Shown piece by piece: positions 37,458 through 51,925 of a stretch of 64,000 nt of DNA. Numbering within the stretch: the first letter of the stretch is position 1; the number at the start of each line of letters is the position of its first letter. Where the stretch lies: positions 15,500,001 through 15,564,000 of the forward strand of contig OZ365113.1 of NCBI GenBank assembly GCA_977030845.1, read 5' to 3'. The stretch comes from Fimbriosthenelais zetlandica (lineage: Eukaryota). The notes beneath the pieces are model-generated. The model ran no database searches. It was not told where the DNA came from and saw nothing but the letters and a program-made list of their open reading frames with translations. The position numbers and the translations under genes are program-made.

Positions 37458-40400
37458 TTTTGAGTCACCAATTAGGACTCTTTGTTTCAGAAAAAGTGTA
37501 GGATCACCTGTTGTGTAAAATTGGTTTATCGTAGCTTGGATAATTAGCATTAGCCTCAACACATATCATAACTCAGCAGGCCTGGGACAGATAAGCAAAT
37601 ACAGAAAACTAATTAGCTATTTGGTTACTTATTATGAAGATATCATCAGTGCAGTTCACCTTCATATGATTGAGTCTTTCTCATCATGGCCATACTGAAC
37701 GATCAATGATCCTCATATCCAACTTAATTGGGAGATATCCCAACTGGAACAATAATAATGGGCATCACTAGCATCATCCAAGTGATGTATAAAACCTACC
37801 AAATGACCTCCTATATAGTTATGTACTATCACAGGGGTGGCATAGAAAAAAACTTCGAAGAAGGGAAGTTTTTTGTTGCACTTTGATGAGTGTGTGGTGT
37901 GTGTGTGGCAGGGGTCCCACATTCATGCCCAGTCTATAGCATGCTATAATCAACAATGGAAGACGATTGAAGACATTATATATCATTATGACACGTAAGT
38001 AGCATGCCACATGGCTCCGTGGTGGTGATCATTACATGTCCCTATACAGTAATCATCAACTTACCCTTACATGATATGACCCTTCAGACGCCTGGGTTCC
38101 TACATGTTCTAGTAGGCCTACAGACATAATGTGAAGCTACTGTAGACACGACAACCTACAAAGTCATGCGCCCTTTTGAATACAAATATAAGGCTGTCTG
38201 ATTACACTGATGATGGAGATTCGGGATATTTATGATAAACTCAAGTAGACCAATGAACACTTCAGAAATATTAAAATTTAAATGTGCAAATTAACCTTCC
38301 GCTCTAATTTACTAGGCTTTATGCCCCTAATGGAATGTTGATTGTTGGACAGGTTGTCATAAAATTCCATGGTCTATTTACCAGGGTTTCTTTTATCTGT
38401 GCATATATCTTGGTCCCGACTAAAAACGTGAAAATGCCCTGTGATTTGGAATAGATCGTAACGCTCTAGAATATAATTAATATTTAAGAGCTTATCCTTG
38501 TATTCGGTTGTGTGGATTTACCATTCTATCCCTTTAGAATCTGGAAATTGGAGCATTTGATTAAACTTAGTATTTAGTTGATTCTCATGTTCATAACCGA
38601 TCATATATCAAAAGGCTATATCAAGAGATATCACAGATGTCAAGTCAGAATTGGTCTGATTCATAATGTGCCTTGTATGTGCTATATGGTTCTAAATGTA
38701 CAGGTGCTACTCTGGCTATTCCTTCTTCCTCGGCAACTTCAGCAATACACAGATGCAAACAATGGTTCACTTTAGAACTTAAGAACTGCTGAACTGGCGT
38801 GAGATTAACAAGATAACAATAATAGAGGTTAGCCTTTCAGTCATGTTCCTACAAGCCGCAGACAAAAGGAACAATTCCTCATACACGTCCTGCGCCTGAC
38901 ACCATCTTGACGTCAAACGTCATGATAATTCAGCTCCAATTTCGCGTACCTCGTATGAGGCGTAGCACCCCAGCGTTTAATAAAACCATATGAACTTCAT
39001 TCCTATATAGACCTCTTTTTAAGTTGTTATATTGCACATTTCTATCTGATATCAACCAGGGTTGACACTGTTGGACACTATTTTCCTGACTTCATGAGCT
39101 AAAAAGCAAGCTGATGAACTACAACTTTCTCTTGTTGAAAGTGTTGGTACGACCGGAAGTCCTCCTCGCAGCGCCCTTCAGAGGCAGTGATTGTTGTCAC
39201 ATTCATCCCGCATTGAATACTTAAGTTTCACGCTATTGGTCAATTTCCCTTTCACACCTGGGCCTGAATGGATATCAGATGGCTGAGATAGAGAATTAGA
39301 TTGTTTAGATAAGGAATGACATGTTAATTGGTCTCTCTGCTTTGGTTTGCGAACAAACACGGAATAAAGAAGGGACTGGTTTTCCTGCAGTTCTAGCCAT
39401 GACGGCGGCATCAAATGGAGGAGGTTTATTGTAAAGGTCTGTCTTTGTCAACTGGCCCGTTTTGGCGCCACTTGTGGAACTGTCGTCTGCCATTCGCAGC
39501 TTCGAAAAAGGCCAAAAGCAGTGGACACACCAGCACGATGATGGTTTGACTATCTTTACCCCTACTGACTCCCTATGTGTCACCTTTGTTGATGCCCAAT
39601 GCATATAAGCCTTACTTTATATTAATTTTCAAACATCAACTTTTGTGACCTGCATGACCAGCCAAGCGAAGGAATAATGCTCATGTAGATGTATTTAAAT
39701 CACATCTTATTCCTGCAATATTTGGGAGAGAAGACGGAAAACAAAATGAAGTTGGACAACAAACTCAAGTTGGACAGGTGATAAAGAAACCTGGAAGGGT
39801 TGGAAATGATGATGATGAGGGGGCTATTCGGCGATTACTCCCCCTCCCCTATCTCATCAAGAAATGTCAACAATATCAAATTAGGCGCCCAATGAGGATA
39901 ACACTCGGCATGGAGTGCGCATGCTCGTTTCATTCATTCATCTTCAGAAACGCTACTACTGTCATGGTCCTTCGCACGAACACAGGATGTTAATGAAGAA
40001 CGTCACGCATGTGCAACGGTTGTTATGGGGACGCGATGACTGTGACGTGGACATACATATCTATACCTCCATTGTTATATATAAGTGGCTATTGTTACCA
40101 AGGTAACACCTATCTATGGGCACAATGTAGGCACGACGGCAGCACGACCTGCAGCATGGTGAAGATGACACTTGGATGACATGCGCATTGGTGATAAAGG
40201 TTCCACGCCCTCTTTTGGGTGCCTGTTGTACCATATGGCAGTGGGGGAGTTACAGGGACAACCTAGCAATCTACATGTCGTTTCCAGCACAGAAAATGTT
40301 GCAAACGCATGTTATGGACAACGCAACCCCTCACTATTCAAATTGTCTTAACCACGAGACAAGGCCTATTAACATATTAGGGTCTCATATGGGTCAAAAA

Positions 40401-43400
40401 TCCTTCCTCTTTTTTCAAGTAGGCCTATATGATCCACATCATAGCCAAGGAACCCGTATTATGTTAGTCACATATGATATAGCTTCACAAAGGATTCACT
40501 GGATTTTATCTTAGTTGGAATGCCAATGCACAATAACCTTAATCAGATTTGGAAATACATGTAGCATGATGGGTCGACGTCAACCCTTGGCACTTTTGGC
40601 ATCATGTACGTAAGAACAATCATGACTTCGCCTCCAACTTTAGACAGAATGTCGTGATGGCTGCCGTTTTCTGGCCACCTGTTGCTGGCAGCGCCACCAT
40701 CGGTTTAAATGAGCACACGCAAGTACCACGTGACCATGGAATCAAATGAACATCTTCTTTTGGGACGCTGCCTGAACATCCGGGCATGTACCTTTCTAAG
40801 CTGTGAACTTGGCGTCCATGACGTCATTACAAGATGATGGAGTAGGGAGGAGGTCCATGCAAAGAATGATTTACTTCAACTGATAAGAGCAGAAAATGTT
40901 GATTTCCAATTTATAAAAAGATTTATCACTTTTTCTCCTGCACGGTAGAGCCTGCAGGATCTACTGGATCCTGCCTCTACCTAATCTTTTCTTTATCTGC
41001 CCCGAGTTCAGGCGTTTTGCTTGGCATTAATCAAAGCCTACACTGGCTTTTGGACGAATGCCCGACAGAATGACAAAACTGGCCATTAATTTTGTCCTAG
41101 AGCTGTAACAAAGCATGGAATGCTCGCGTTTATTTGCACCATCATTGACGGCGCAGGAAATAGTTTCCCTGATAGTTTAATTTCCCTAAGGCTACTTTAC
41201 AGAGTCAGTGTTTTAAAATTCACACACACTGAATGACCCTATAGTAGTTTAGGAACACCAAGGCCTTGCTTCCCATAGTCTGCTCTCATATCTCCACATC
41301 CGTATATCCCCATCATGCATGCAGCATGTCTAGAGTCTATTCTTCTATGCACATCCCAGTCCGGCAAGAAATTAGGGGAAGGTAAATTATCCCTTATTAG
41401 CCTCTCTGAGTGCCAACCCACAAACTTTGTCTGCCCTAATCTGGGCGGGCACCATGACGACCCCTGCCATCTAGCGGCCTGTACTGTTAGTATAATGTGG
41501 GGCTGTGGTGGCGTGATAACTGGTAGGAGCTGGGAGGAGCATGGATACAATATGGCGGAGCATGGCATGACAGGGCCACTCTGTCTTGACCCCATGCACC
41601 CCTCTCCCAGTTCTCCACCCCCCATAATTTTACCACCATGTCATCCACCAATATAATTATCTTCATCTTGCACGTCCCATGGCTTCCTTTCTAACATGTA
41701 GGCCTATAACCGCTATATATGTGCCATGGATTTTATAACCGTTGCCTCGACATTAACAAGACAGAAACAGATGAGACCAATCAGTCCCTTCGCGATGGAG
41801 ATAAGACAAGTCTTCCATGCAGATAGCAGTATAATCCATTATAGCACCTTATGTTGGACTTCATGAAATACACCTCTTACATAGAGAGAGACTTCTATAT
41901 AAGATCTTTTCAAGGACATTTTGTATATTAGGCTAATTATGGATATTCATATTAATCATCCCGTGATTATCCAATGATCTTTTCACTTTTGAATTGGTCA
42001 TTGCAAATATTCCTTACTTTTATTAGACTATATATCATTCTGTGCTAAGAATGTATGACTACATAGCCTCTATCTGAACTGTGGTCTACTATACTTGAAA
42101 TGATGATTTTGGTTAGGGTCATGCATTAAACCAAGCATTCCTCGCTATGGCCTGATGGCTATCGGCGATTCACGCCAATAAAAGGCGTGTGTACTTATTG
42201 TTTCATGGGGTTATGCATTGCATGCAGAGTTTCATTGCTTATTTTAAACGGGCCAGGGCAGTTCCACATTACCTCTCTAGCTAGAATCACCAAAGTTAAC
42301 AGTTATGGTAATTGCATTCAAGTACACACTGCTCATTCTCCATCATGCTATATTTAAAGTTGGATCGATTCTCAGTATTGTTCAACCCTACCATGTGTTC
42401 CCGAAGCAAAACCTATGTTCTGAAGGTATTTATTAAGTATAGATCTATAGATAAGTAATTTGTGACGGCCACCATTCATTCTTTGACTTATAATATATTA
42501 TGACCTTTGAAAATATCTGTGACATGGATCAAAAAAAAATTCATAGCGGAAAAAGTGGTCATCATTGGCGTCTGCAACGTCTGATACTTCCATCAGAGTC
42601 GCTCCTTTTTAACGGCCATAGTAACTTTTGCATACAGGCACCCATGCGTGACATCCCTTCTTCTCTCTAACACCAGTATTCTGAATTGTTGCCAACTTCG
42701 CCAGCTCTCCAGCCCAGGCCTGGGTTCACACGAGTGTTGCCATGGTACCCACTGCATGGTTATTGTAACCAACATGAGACATAAGTGAGGGTAAAGAGAG
42801 TGGACCTCCCCTCCAGGGATTGGTCTCTTTCCACTGATGTCATTGACCCTATTGTCAGTGGAAGTCATTGTCCAGCAGCGCCCAGAAAAAAGACTGTCTT
42901 GAAGTACAGACGCCTTTGATCACAAGGATCACTTCCGGTTGGGTTGGCCTATGATTTCTGCTGAGTGAAGAGGGCACCACTCGAGCCTCAAGTCCATGCC
43001 ATATTTCACATGGAGACTTCCCACTGGTCCTTTGGAGCACGGAGATGAAAAAGAGGGTTGATACAGAATCGATGTCTGTAAATGGTCAAGGTGTGAAAGC
43101 GTGGGTTATGGTTATTACTTTGACTAGTTATTATGATATGGTCTACCTGTATGGAATTATCTAGATATTACTCTTGCCTGCATGTCTTTGGTTGCCATGG
43201 CCTTTATGATGCTAGTCTGCAGGAGACAGTATAATCCATCATTTCCTGAACCATCAATCATTCATGATGGACGTGGGATAACCTGCAGACACAACATTCC
43301 AATTTTCTTATCTCCTCCGATCAGAGGAGAAGGATTTGTTTGGCTGGGGGTTTTATCGTAACTAAGGGCGTATTTGGCCTACGTTACCTTCTTGAGGGTT

Positions 43401-46400
43401 TCTGCCCCAATTCTTGCATCTCATACTCATTCTAGGTTTTTTGTTCTTTCATAGTCGTCTATGTACTTTATTTTTATTATTGATTCATTAATTACGAACT
43501 ATATCTCGTCATTTCATGCAATTCACGCAAAAGTGCAAGTCAAAATGGCAAATCTTTGTTACGAAAGGTCTTCTGGTTTTATCTTTTGCCACATTCATTG
43601 GTCACTCTCAGTATACTACGTAGGCCTAGGTGTATTCTGCATGCTGCATAATATGCTATTTCTATGATAGAACTTTATACATTCTAAAAAAACTCCTACT
43701 TTTTGGTGCGATTTCCATGTTGGTTTCGTTACTTTTCTGGTGTGTTCTGCTTTTGGATCAATCTAGTATCCATTTGCTACCGGATTTATAAATTTGTAAC
43801 AGGATTCTGTTATCCTTCTTCAATATTTGAACACATCTACTGCGCCTGCGCCCATGTCGTGAGCTGGTAGTGCCATTAATACTAATTTTCTCTGGCTTCA
43901 ATTTAATCAAGAGCCGACCAAGAATAGCAAACAGGCAAACATGGCCGCCAAAGCCAATCCATCGCTCTCTGTTTCTCTTCTCGTCGCTTCTCATCTGCTT
44001 CTGATTATCCCACCACAATTGGCTGTCATTGCTCTCCATATGGCTCACTTCTGGCCGCAATAGAGCCATGAATACACAGTACAATGGGGACCCTCCTCTC
44101 TGTGTGCAATCTGAGGACTCCTGTGACATTGGGCTGATCATTCCATGTCCATATTGGGAAGTCATCACTGTTTCCTCGGTTACTCGACCCAATTTTAGGT
44201 TCGACGCCTCAATGATATAAGTGGGTGTCGGCAGGGTAGATTTCAGGCCGCATAAAATGGAATAGGCTTGGATCATGTGTCTTTTGTAGTTTTTGATATC
44301 CGATTCTGGTTTTGGCGGGGAAAGTTAGTGATACCGTCTGTTTGTTGGGGGTGTTGCTTGTTCAAACAGTTAATGTTTATCGGATGTGAGAGTGGAGGCG
44401 CGGGCCGAGGACTGCGGCATCTGTCTGCCTTTCTGCAATGTAGAATAAGCTCAAACGCAGAGCGGCCATAAAGGAGATTAAAAGCGCGAGTGAACAATAT
44501 TACAAGATAATTATGGTTTGCTGAGCGCCGTTTACAGATCTCCCTGACCACATTCATGTCACGGTCGCTGCCTCTCGTTTCAGCCTGTTTGACATTCATG
44601 AGCGTCGGGAAGAGCGGACGCCATTAAGGGCCACCAGATTGGTCTTGTTTGGTCGCAGTGTTGACACTTCCGACATGGGAGATGCGCTCTAAACCAGAAC
44701 CATCAAAATGGCGGATGTAAGAGCCATATCTAACAGGCTAAACACGGGCTACAGCACACATAATCACGGAAAGAGCACCTTGTCTGTCATCCAAACAGGA
44801 GGCGGGAATCGGACGCTAGAAGTGTGAATTCAGTATCCATGGTGACCCGGCCATAACTCATCATAAAGCCGTGCACTAACAGTCATTACAGACGCGCCAT
44901 TTTCATGAAGAATCACTTCCGGGCCGTGTCGTCTGACGGAAAACCATTTCCCGCCATTTATTCGCCATTTTCTTCGTGTGCGCAGGCACAGGATAAACGA
45001 CAATCAAGGAAATGTGAAAACAGCAAAAGTGTGCACGTGCGTGACACAAGTCGCGGACATGCGTGTTTATCAATCGCCGTTTTTCCGGACTAGACGCCAC
45101 TTTGCAGACGACAATTTGGCGCGGCTGATTTCCGGCATGAACGTCGTTAACCTAGCCCCATCAGTGTGACGCAGGCGCTGTGAGCTCAGAGGGTGCAATA
45201 TTGCATATGGTAGAAACCTGCTGAGTCACTCTGAAAGACCATCCCGCCGGTGCCAACTCTCCATGCCCTCTTTCTGGCCAATTTTACCGTTATTCGCGCC
45301 ATAATTGCAGAATGAAATAGGCACATTTAATACAATCGCTTGCGTGTCGCGGCGATGAAATGGGGCGGGCACTTCCAGTGTGAGCGATAATTGGGAATTG
45401 ACAGGCGACATCATAGGGTTTTATACCAGGTCAACTATCAGAGTGGGGCTATACAGTATATGACCATATATATGAAAGCATGGAGAAAAATCCTTGATGT
45501 CTATATTTTGTATAGGCTGACTTAGAATGGTAATTTTATACTTAATATTAGCCTATGTCACTTATATGTGCATTTCATTTTCAATTCCCGTAGACTTAGA
45601 ATTGATCCTGGGTATTATCAAGTATTTCCCAGAGTATTTTCCATAACGGACCTAGTGCACCCTTGGACCACATCCATTTTACTAGCCTATCATGTTATCT
45701 TCTTGATTGGCCCACTTTACTGTTGTCATGACAATAATAAAGTGCATAGATAATGCATGTATATGAGGGACACCAATAATGATGTACCATTTGACATTTG
45801 CGTGTCCCATACAAGGATGAAACAATGTGGTTAAATAGCGACGCTTTGGGACAGACAAATGCGCGGGAAAAACAGCTAGACATCCTAGAACATTAATTTT
45901 GATGATTGCTTTTGAAGTCATTTATTGTCTCCGTCCATTTCAAATTACATAATGAACAGCACAGCAATTTTATTTGAAAGAATGCCAAGTTTTATTTAAT
46001 GATATACATGTGCTTAGGTCGGAGAAACCACTATCAGACAAGTGATGTTTAAAGATAATTAAAAAAAACAATGACTTCATATCGGGTTACATGCTTCATA
46101 CAATGATGCTTTACTACATAGGTTATAAATTTGGGACTTTGATGTCCTTGAAAAGAAAATAATCACCTTAGTGTTGTTCATCAACAATTAAGCAATTAGT
46201 TCCACGTTGTTAGGCTAGTTCTCTTAGTTTGTTGAGATAGGGGCATGCAGTGGACACATGAACATCATAAAGGAAAATCAAATGTGAATGAAATGAAGGC
46301 ATTAATGGTATGGTTACATGGAAGAGATGGGTGGTCAGGCTTTGTTACATAACCAATTGTCACCGGTGACCGGGCAGGAGAACAATATCCATCCAGATCG

Positions 46401-49400
46401 AGGCGAGGCAGCTCGGAGCGCCTCTCAGCGGGATGCTTTCACACAATGAGATTTTCTATGAGACCACATTAGCGGCCATTAATGATACAAACCCAGATGA
46501 CACAGCAAAAATAGCCATTATCATACCAACTATTGTTTCCACTGATTGACGTTTAGCATTTCCTGGATTTCTCACCGGGGGTCTGCTGGTGTTTGGCCAT
46601 TCTAGTTTCAACTTAGAAGGAACGATGGCCAGATTTTAAAGCACTTCCGGTTAGGGAAGAAAACCGTGGACCTACCTACAGCAACTGTTGTTGACTGGAA
46701 CCTGCCTGTTCTGTCAATATCCTAGGAAAGGTTCTTTATAATGGTTTTAGGTGTTAATCTGTTGTTTGTCACAATCACCATAAAACCTGCTACAGTCACC
46801 ACATAAACTGTCATATATTTAATATGTTTTGCTCATTATGCCAGGGCGTTGCCATTTGCCATACAAAAACACTGCAACTATTATATTAACCTTTTATTAA
46901 TGCTAACCAGGGAATGACATGTAGGCCTACTTCATCTCAGAAGTGCATTATATGTACCCTTATCTTTTACTGCCCTTACATTTTTAATATAAAATCCATA
47001 TAATTAAATATTTATCACCTGTGGCTTTTAACTCAGTGTGAAGCTCATTGTGCTCGTCTATATTAAAGGGGGAAGCACAAAAACATGATGAAGTCCCATA
47101 TCTTACCAACATACCAGAAAGAAAAGCGTATACGCCTACGGGAGATAAAACGCGGGTAGATATCTGTCGATGATAAGTGAGTGTTGATTGTGATGTCAAA
47201 TTAAAGGGGAAAGTCGCGAGTACAATAGTCAGGGTTTGACCTTTTGTCATTGAACGTCTCTATCAGGCGGCAAGTAAAAGGTGGAAGCTTGAATCATGTG
47301 GTGAAGTACTTGGGGGCAAATATACTCCGCGACACCATGCATTTTAATCTTTGTATGCTTTTTCTCAGTTCACATAATGTATAGACCTACGCTTTTATCT
47401 GTGTTTTTTTTCCTAATATCTATTGTGATTTATATTATAGATCACATAATTTTTATAAGATGATGAGGTAAAAATTGCGGGTTAATTCTTACAGGGGAAC
47501 ATTTGGATGCCGATAGACACCTGAAGAGGTACACCTGTGAAATATGCGCCGCGGGCAAAATTAGCAGCTTTCTATGTCCAAAGCCGAGATTGATGTGAGA
47601 TTGAAGGTTAGAGGGCGCCATGACCCGCCTCCCCTCTAACCTTACCACGACTTATATCATATAACTGCCATGCTATATGATCTTTTTAAATTCACCACTC
47701 CCTCCCTCCTCATTTAAACGATAACCCCCATGTTTTACTCTTCACACCTGGGCCTCTTTTTCAAAAGCAGTGCCTTTTCTTGTCACCAGGGGGTCTGTTG
47801 GGGATCAATCATGGCACATAAAGCGAGCAGGGAGCATTTGTTGCACCAAGACCAGCAAATCACTACCTTTGTGCTCAGATCAGAAATCGGTGTGTCATTG
47901 CTGGCCACCATCTTCTGAGGTCGTCACCAGGGGCCCTCCCCCGTGCCCCGGCGGTCACTGTTTGAGGCTTCAAGCACACGATCTTCGCGTCAAGTTACAT
48001 TAACTACGGCCCGTCTCCGCCTTTCTATACCCACGAATCTAAACTCAGTGGCCTACGAAACTAAAGCCAATAAAGGCGTGAGGTTCCTAATCTTCACGCC
48101 AGGGGTCCTGCTCAATGAAGGAGCATCCAGCAATAAGAAGGAACCATCACGTGACTCCTGCTCCATTACTGGGCAGAAATGGCGACCAGTAAACTTGTGA
48201 CAAATAAAAGTGTGAAAGGGCATTGAGAGGGCATTTATAGGAGGGCATCAAGGTATATTTACAGCGACGTGGATCCGGTCATGATCGTGATCCTCAGGTC
48301 GACGTCATTGTATTTACTGGCCCACTCTTTGTAATAATTTAAGTCCAGGTCAGAACATCTTGATAACAATATGAACAGCCAAAATAAAAATAATTTTATA
48401 TTCAGGCAATCTTCATCCATATGTCATTTACGTCAGTCAATTCCATAATTGGACGAAGGTGGAATAGATCAATGAATAATGGAAAACTCTTGGTGAGTTA
48501 AAAGTTGAATATAATTTTGAAAAGTATGCTTAGCGTCCTTATTCGCTGTACAAATGCAGCGTCAGTTAACTGGATGTTACGCGACGTTGAACACGTCATG
48601 ATCGATCAATGTTACTTGGCCTATAGCGGCCCGTGCACCCTCCCCATCTCATGGTTTAAATAGAAATACATGAGAAAATTAACACCCTGGCGTATTGATA
48701 CACATCTGGTTAGGAACCGGAACTATAGACTATCGACGCAAACGTTAGAAAGTGGATGCGCATGAAAGAAATCCCGGCAGCGGCTATGTCTTTTATTACC
48801 AACAAGAAGTCTTTTATTCTATTAAACCTGATATTTTTTTACACGGCCCTCTTAAATTAAAAAAGCAGATTACGGGTCTTGTCCCTCTCATCCCATCAAA
48901 TACCTTTACTTCCTCGCGCGCTACATAATGGGTAATCACCGACAATTAAAGTAATTATTCACTCATTGTAGGAACTTTGTGTGTTTAGTGTCCACGTGGT
49001 GGGCTGGGGGCGTGTTTTAGCACCCCTGGTGGTCAGTCAAGGAAGTATAAGCAGCAGGGGTCTGTGGGCAGTTTGTACTCTACCACACCTTTGTTCTGAG
49101 AGAAAATATTAAACCAATACCATAATCCAGGGGCACGTGACCGATTAAAAATATATCACACATGTTCAGAACTATTCTGAATTTTATTGCACTGGGTATT
49201 GGCAAATAATGTTGAGATTATTTCATCAAAATGCAATTCAGTAGCAAGAATGGTCTTTTTAAAAAACCGGACAATGACATTTTTTTTATTGCCCATTAAG
49301 TTTTAGATAAAATTCACTTTCCCAGGCACAAGAGAGTGAGTCCTAAAGTAGCTCACACTTTTGAATGGGCCAAAGTGTTTGGAGGAAATCCCACAGAAAA

Positions 49401-51679
49401 CAACACTAGGCTGTGTATTGTGGAGTGATAATGGGTTTCAACTGTTCATTTTACACCATTTCCAGGCCATTTTCATCAGACTTTATCTCCTAACAGCATC
49501 ATACAAACACGTAGTGTGAACATTGCTAACTGTTGGCCATATGCTCACTATAGAATGCATTATACACCGAAATACACCAAAACCTTTTTAATGGATGCTA
49601 AGTAATGTGGGTGATAAACGATTAGGCTCTAAAAATCATACACAATGAAAATTGTTTTAATTGGTAAAGTATGTGTATACATTGTCCATGTCCAGGCCTT
49701 AGGCTCTCATCTTTCTTATCCGACAGGAAGAATTTAAATGAATGTATAATAAAGCAGCTATCTAAGGGGTAAGCACTTCAATAACCCGCAAGTTGCCCAT
49801 TGTTTTGATTTATACCCGCAATTTATTATGATTAGCCCACATAGATTAGAGATCGCTTCATATGAATAATAAATCAAAATATGACCTAGTTGTGTGGTAT
49901 TCTGCACGATCACTTCCCGTCTTCCCAAATCTTCCCCAACATAATGATCCTCCCCGAAGAAGTGCATGAAGTTCCCCTTCATTTATTCAGCAGGGAGGGG
50001 ATGTAAAGGTCGGGGTAATATCATGTATATATGGGCTATATTTTGCCATGGATTACGCATTATGAAAAGGGCCACCCATCCACGCACCTTCTCCCCATGG
50101 AATAGACCAGTGTACATGATAACTGTAGCGGTCCGTGAATGCGGGAGAGGCATGCCCTTTACTGACCTTGGCTCCTCCACCAATTACCCACAATCATCTG
50201 CTCCGCCATGGCGCGCAGGTTCAAAGGTCACCCTCCCTCATGATGAGACGCTGTCACGTCATCACCGCCAAGCAGGTTGCCAAGCAACTTCCAATGTCGT
50301 CTGCTCCTGCCTCGACGACCACTGTTTGTCTCATGTCTGTCATCTGCTACTTTACTGTGTGCCCAAGGAAATTATTTCCATTAGCAATTTAGCCCAATAT
50401 CTCCCAATGTTCCGTCCAATGTTGTGGATTGCAAATGAACATGAAGTGGGTTTTATTCGATGGAAAAAACTATATTTTCTTTTCCTCAATTACTAGTATT
50501 CTGTTGTAGCAGTGTTGCAGGTGCTCTTGCAATAAAATTAAATAGGAATAGGAATTCAATTTCTGTTTCCAAAACCTAAGTAGGCAAAGACCACAGAGTG
50601 CTAAGTATTTGGTGTCGTGGTATTTTGAAGTTTTTATAACGGAATAATTATGAGGTTTGTCGTTGAAGAGGCTGTCTGTATGTTCGTGACCCATGTTGGC
50701 ATGATTGGGGGTGGTGGTTAGTGGTGGTAAGCCTGGTATTGGACATTATATACCTGTATATTATATGTGCATGTTACTAAAGGGGACGAAAAATGAAGGA
50801 AAGGGGTATATTTACTCACATGTACCATGTTGCAAACATATTTCCCTGTTTATACATTGGCATATTTTGTCCACATCTACCATAATTTTGAGGTGCGTGG
50901 AACCGACCGTATCTACTGAAAAGTTTTAATTAAAAAAAGTTTCCCTATATAGGTTTAATTATGTTATTGATAGCCTAGACCTATATTTCCATACAATTTC
51001 TTTTATTATAAGCCAAATGAGCTATTATTATTAGTGATAGTGGACAATACATTCACATGTGCCACCCTCTTGCTCTCTTCCAGAACCAATACCAGTGACA
51101 CATACAAGTGGACCTCATGTGGTGAGAAACACGGAGCGGATAGAAAGCGCGCGTCCAATGGGTGAGTTTATGGCTTATATAATATATATAGCATAAGATC
51201 TTTTTTGAAACAGGTCCATGGATTGCCCGCATTTAAATTGCGAATGGATGAATATTTCTAGGTATGGAAATGAATGAAAATATATCCAAATATATTTTCC
51301 TTTTAATTAAAAATGTTCATTCATACTATTAGGGTCGTTTGCGCAAAGTTGAAATCCGCATCGCGTCATATTTCGCGGCGAAAAATAATGCGGCGATTTT
51401 AAATGTTCTACTATTTTTAGAATTAACCTTTTCTGTTTGCAATTATTGGATAAAATACGAAATGCCTAATCGATTAAATGGCTGGATGACTATTTGGGTA
51501 AATAATTATTGTCATTCATCACGAGAAAGGAATACTTTCCTTTAAAAAAAATATCATCTTTGATTCCTCCCTCTCTTTTCCCTCCTCTAACACACCACTT
51601 TACCGTGAGTATAACTGGTACCTTACAATGCTCACCTCCAGCCGCCGCTGCCCTCTATCGGACCCAGATGCAGCGCTCT

Positions 51680-51925
51680 CCTGATTGGCTGAGAATCCAG
51701 AGAGGCGGTTGTTCATTTGCCGAGAGTGACAAGGCCTCGGCCAATGAACAAGGCGTGACAGGGAATGGGAGGTGCACATCCCCCGTTCATACTGTGAAAT
51801 GGTTGAGTGTGTAGGGCAAGAAGTGGTACAGAGAGAAACTAAAGGGGAGAGAGATACAGAGAGGAGGGTGGGCAGGGAGAGGCTGGGACCTATATAAAGC
51901 TGGACCTCCAGTTTGGTCCGTGTTT
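51680..51925 (+). promoter_or_regulatory. TATA/CCAAT core promoter, candidate Fezf TSS near 51920-51930
   Basis: NF-Y-type TGATTGGCT (ATTGG 51684-51688) and GGCCAATGA (51739-51747), a GA-rich tract, and TATATAAAG at 51891-51899. Downstream donor AAG|GTAAGA at 52439/52440. Confidence 0.6.

Noticed and set aside
43758-44276. 172-aa minus-strand ORF
   Set aside because: No recognisable protein features; lies in regulatory-looking DNA.
49966-50496. 176-aa plus-strand ORF
   Set aside because: Random-looking composition, no domain, no exon partners.
22372-51565. TCF/LEF sites (ATCAAAG/CTTTGAT) upstream of Fezf
   Set aside because: About 11 seen versus roughly 7 expected; not distinguishable from background.
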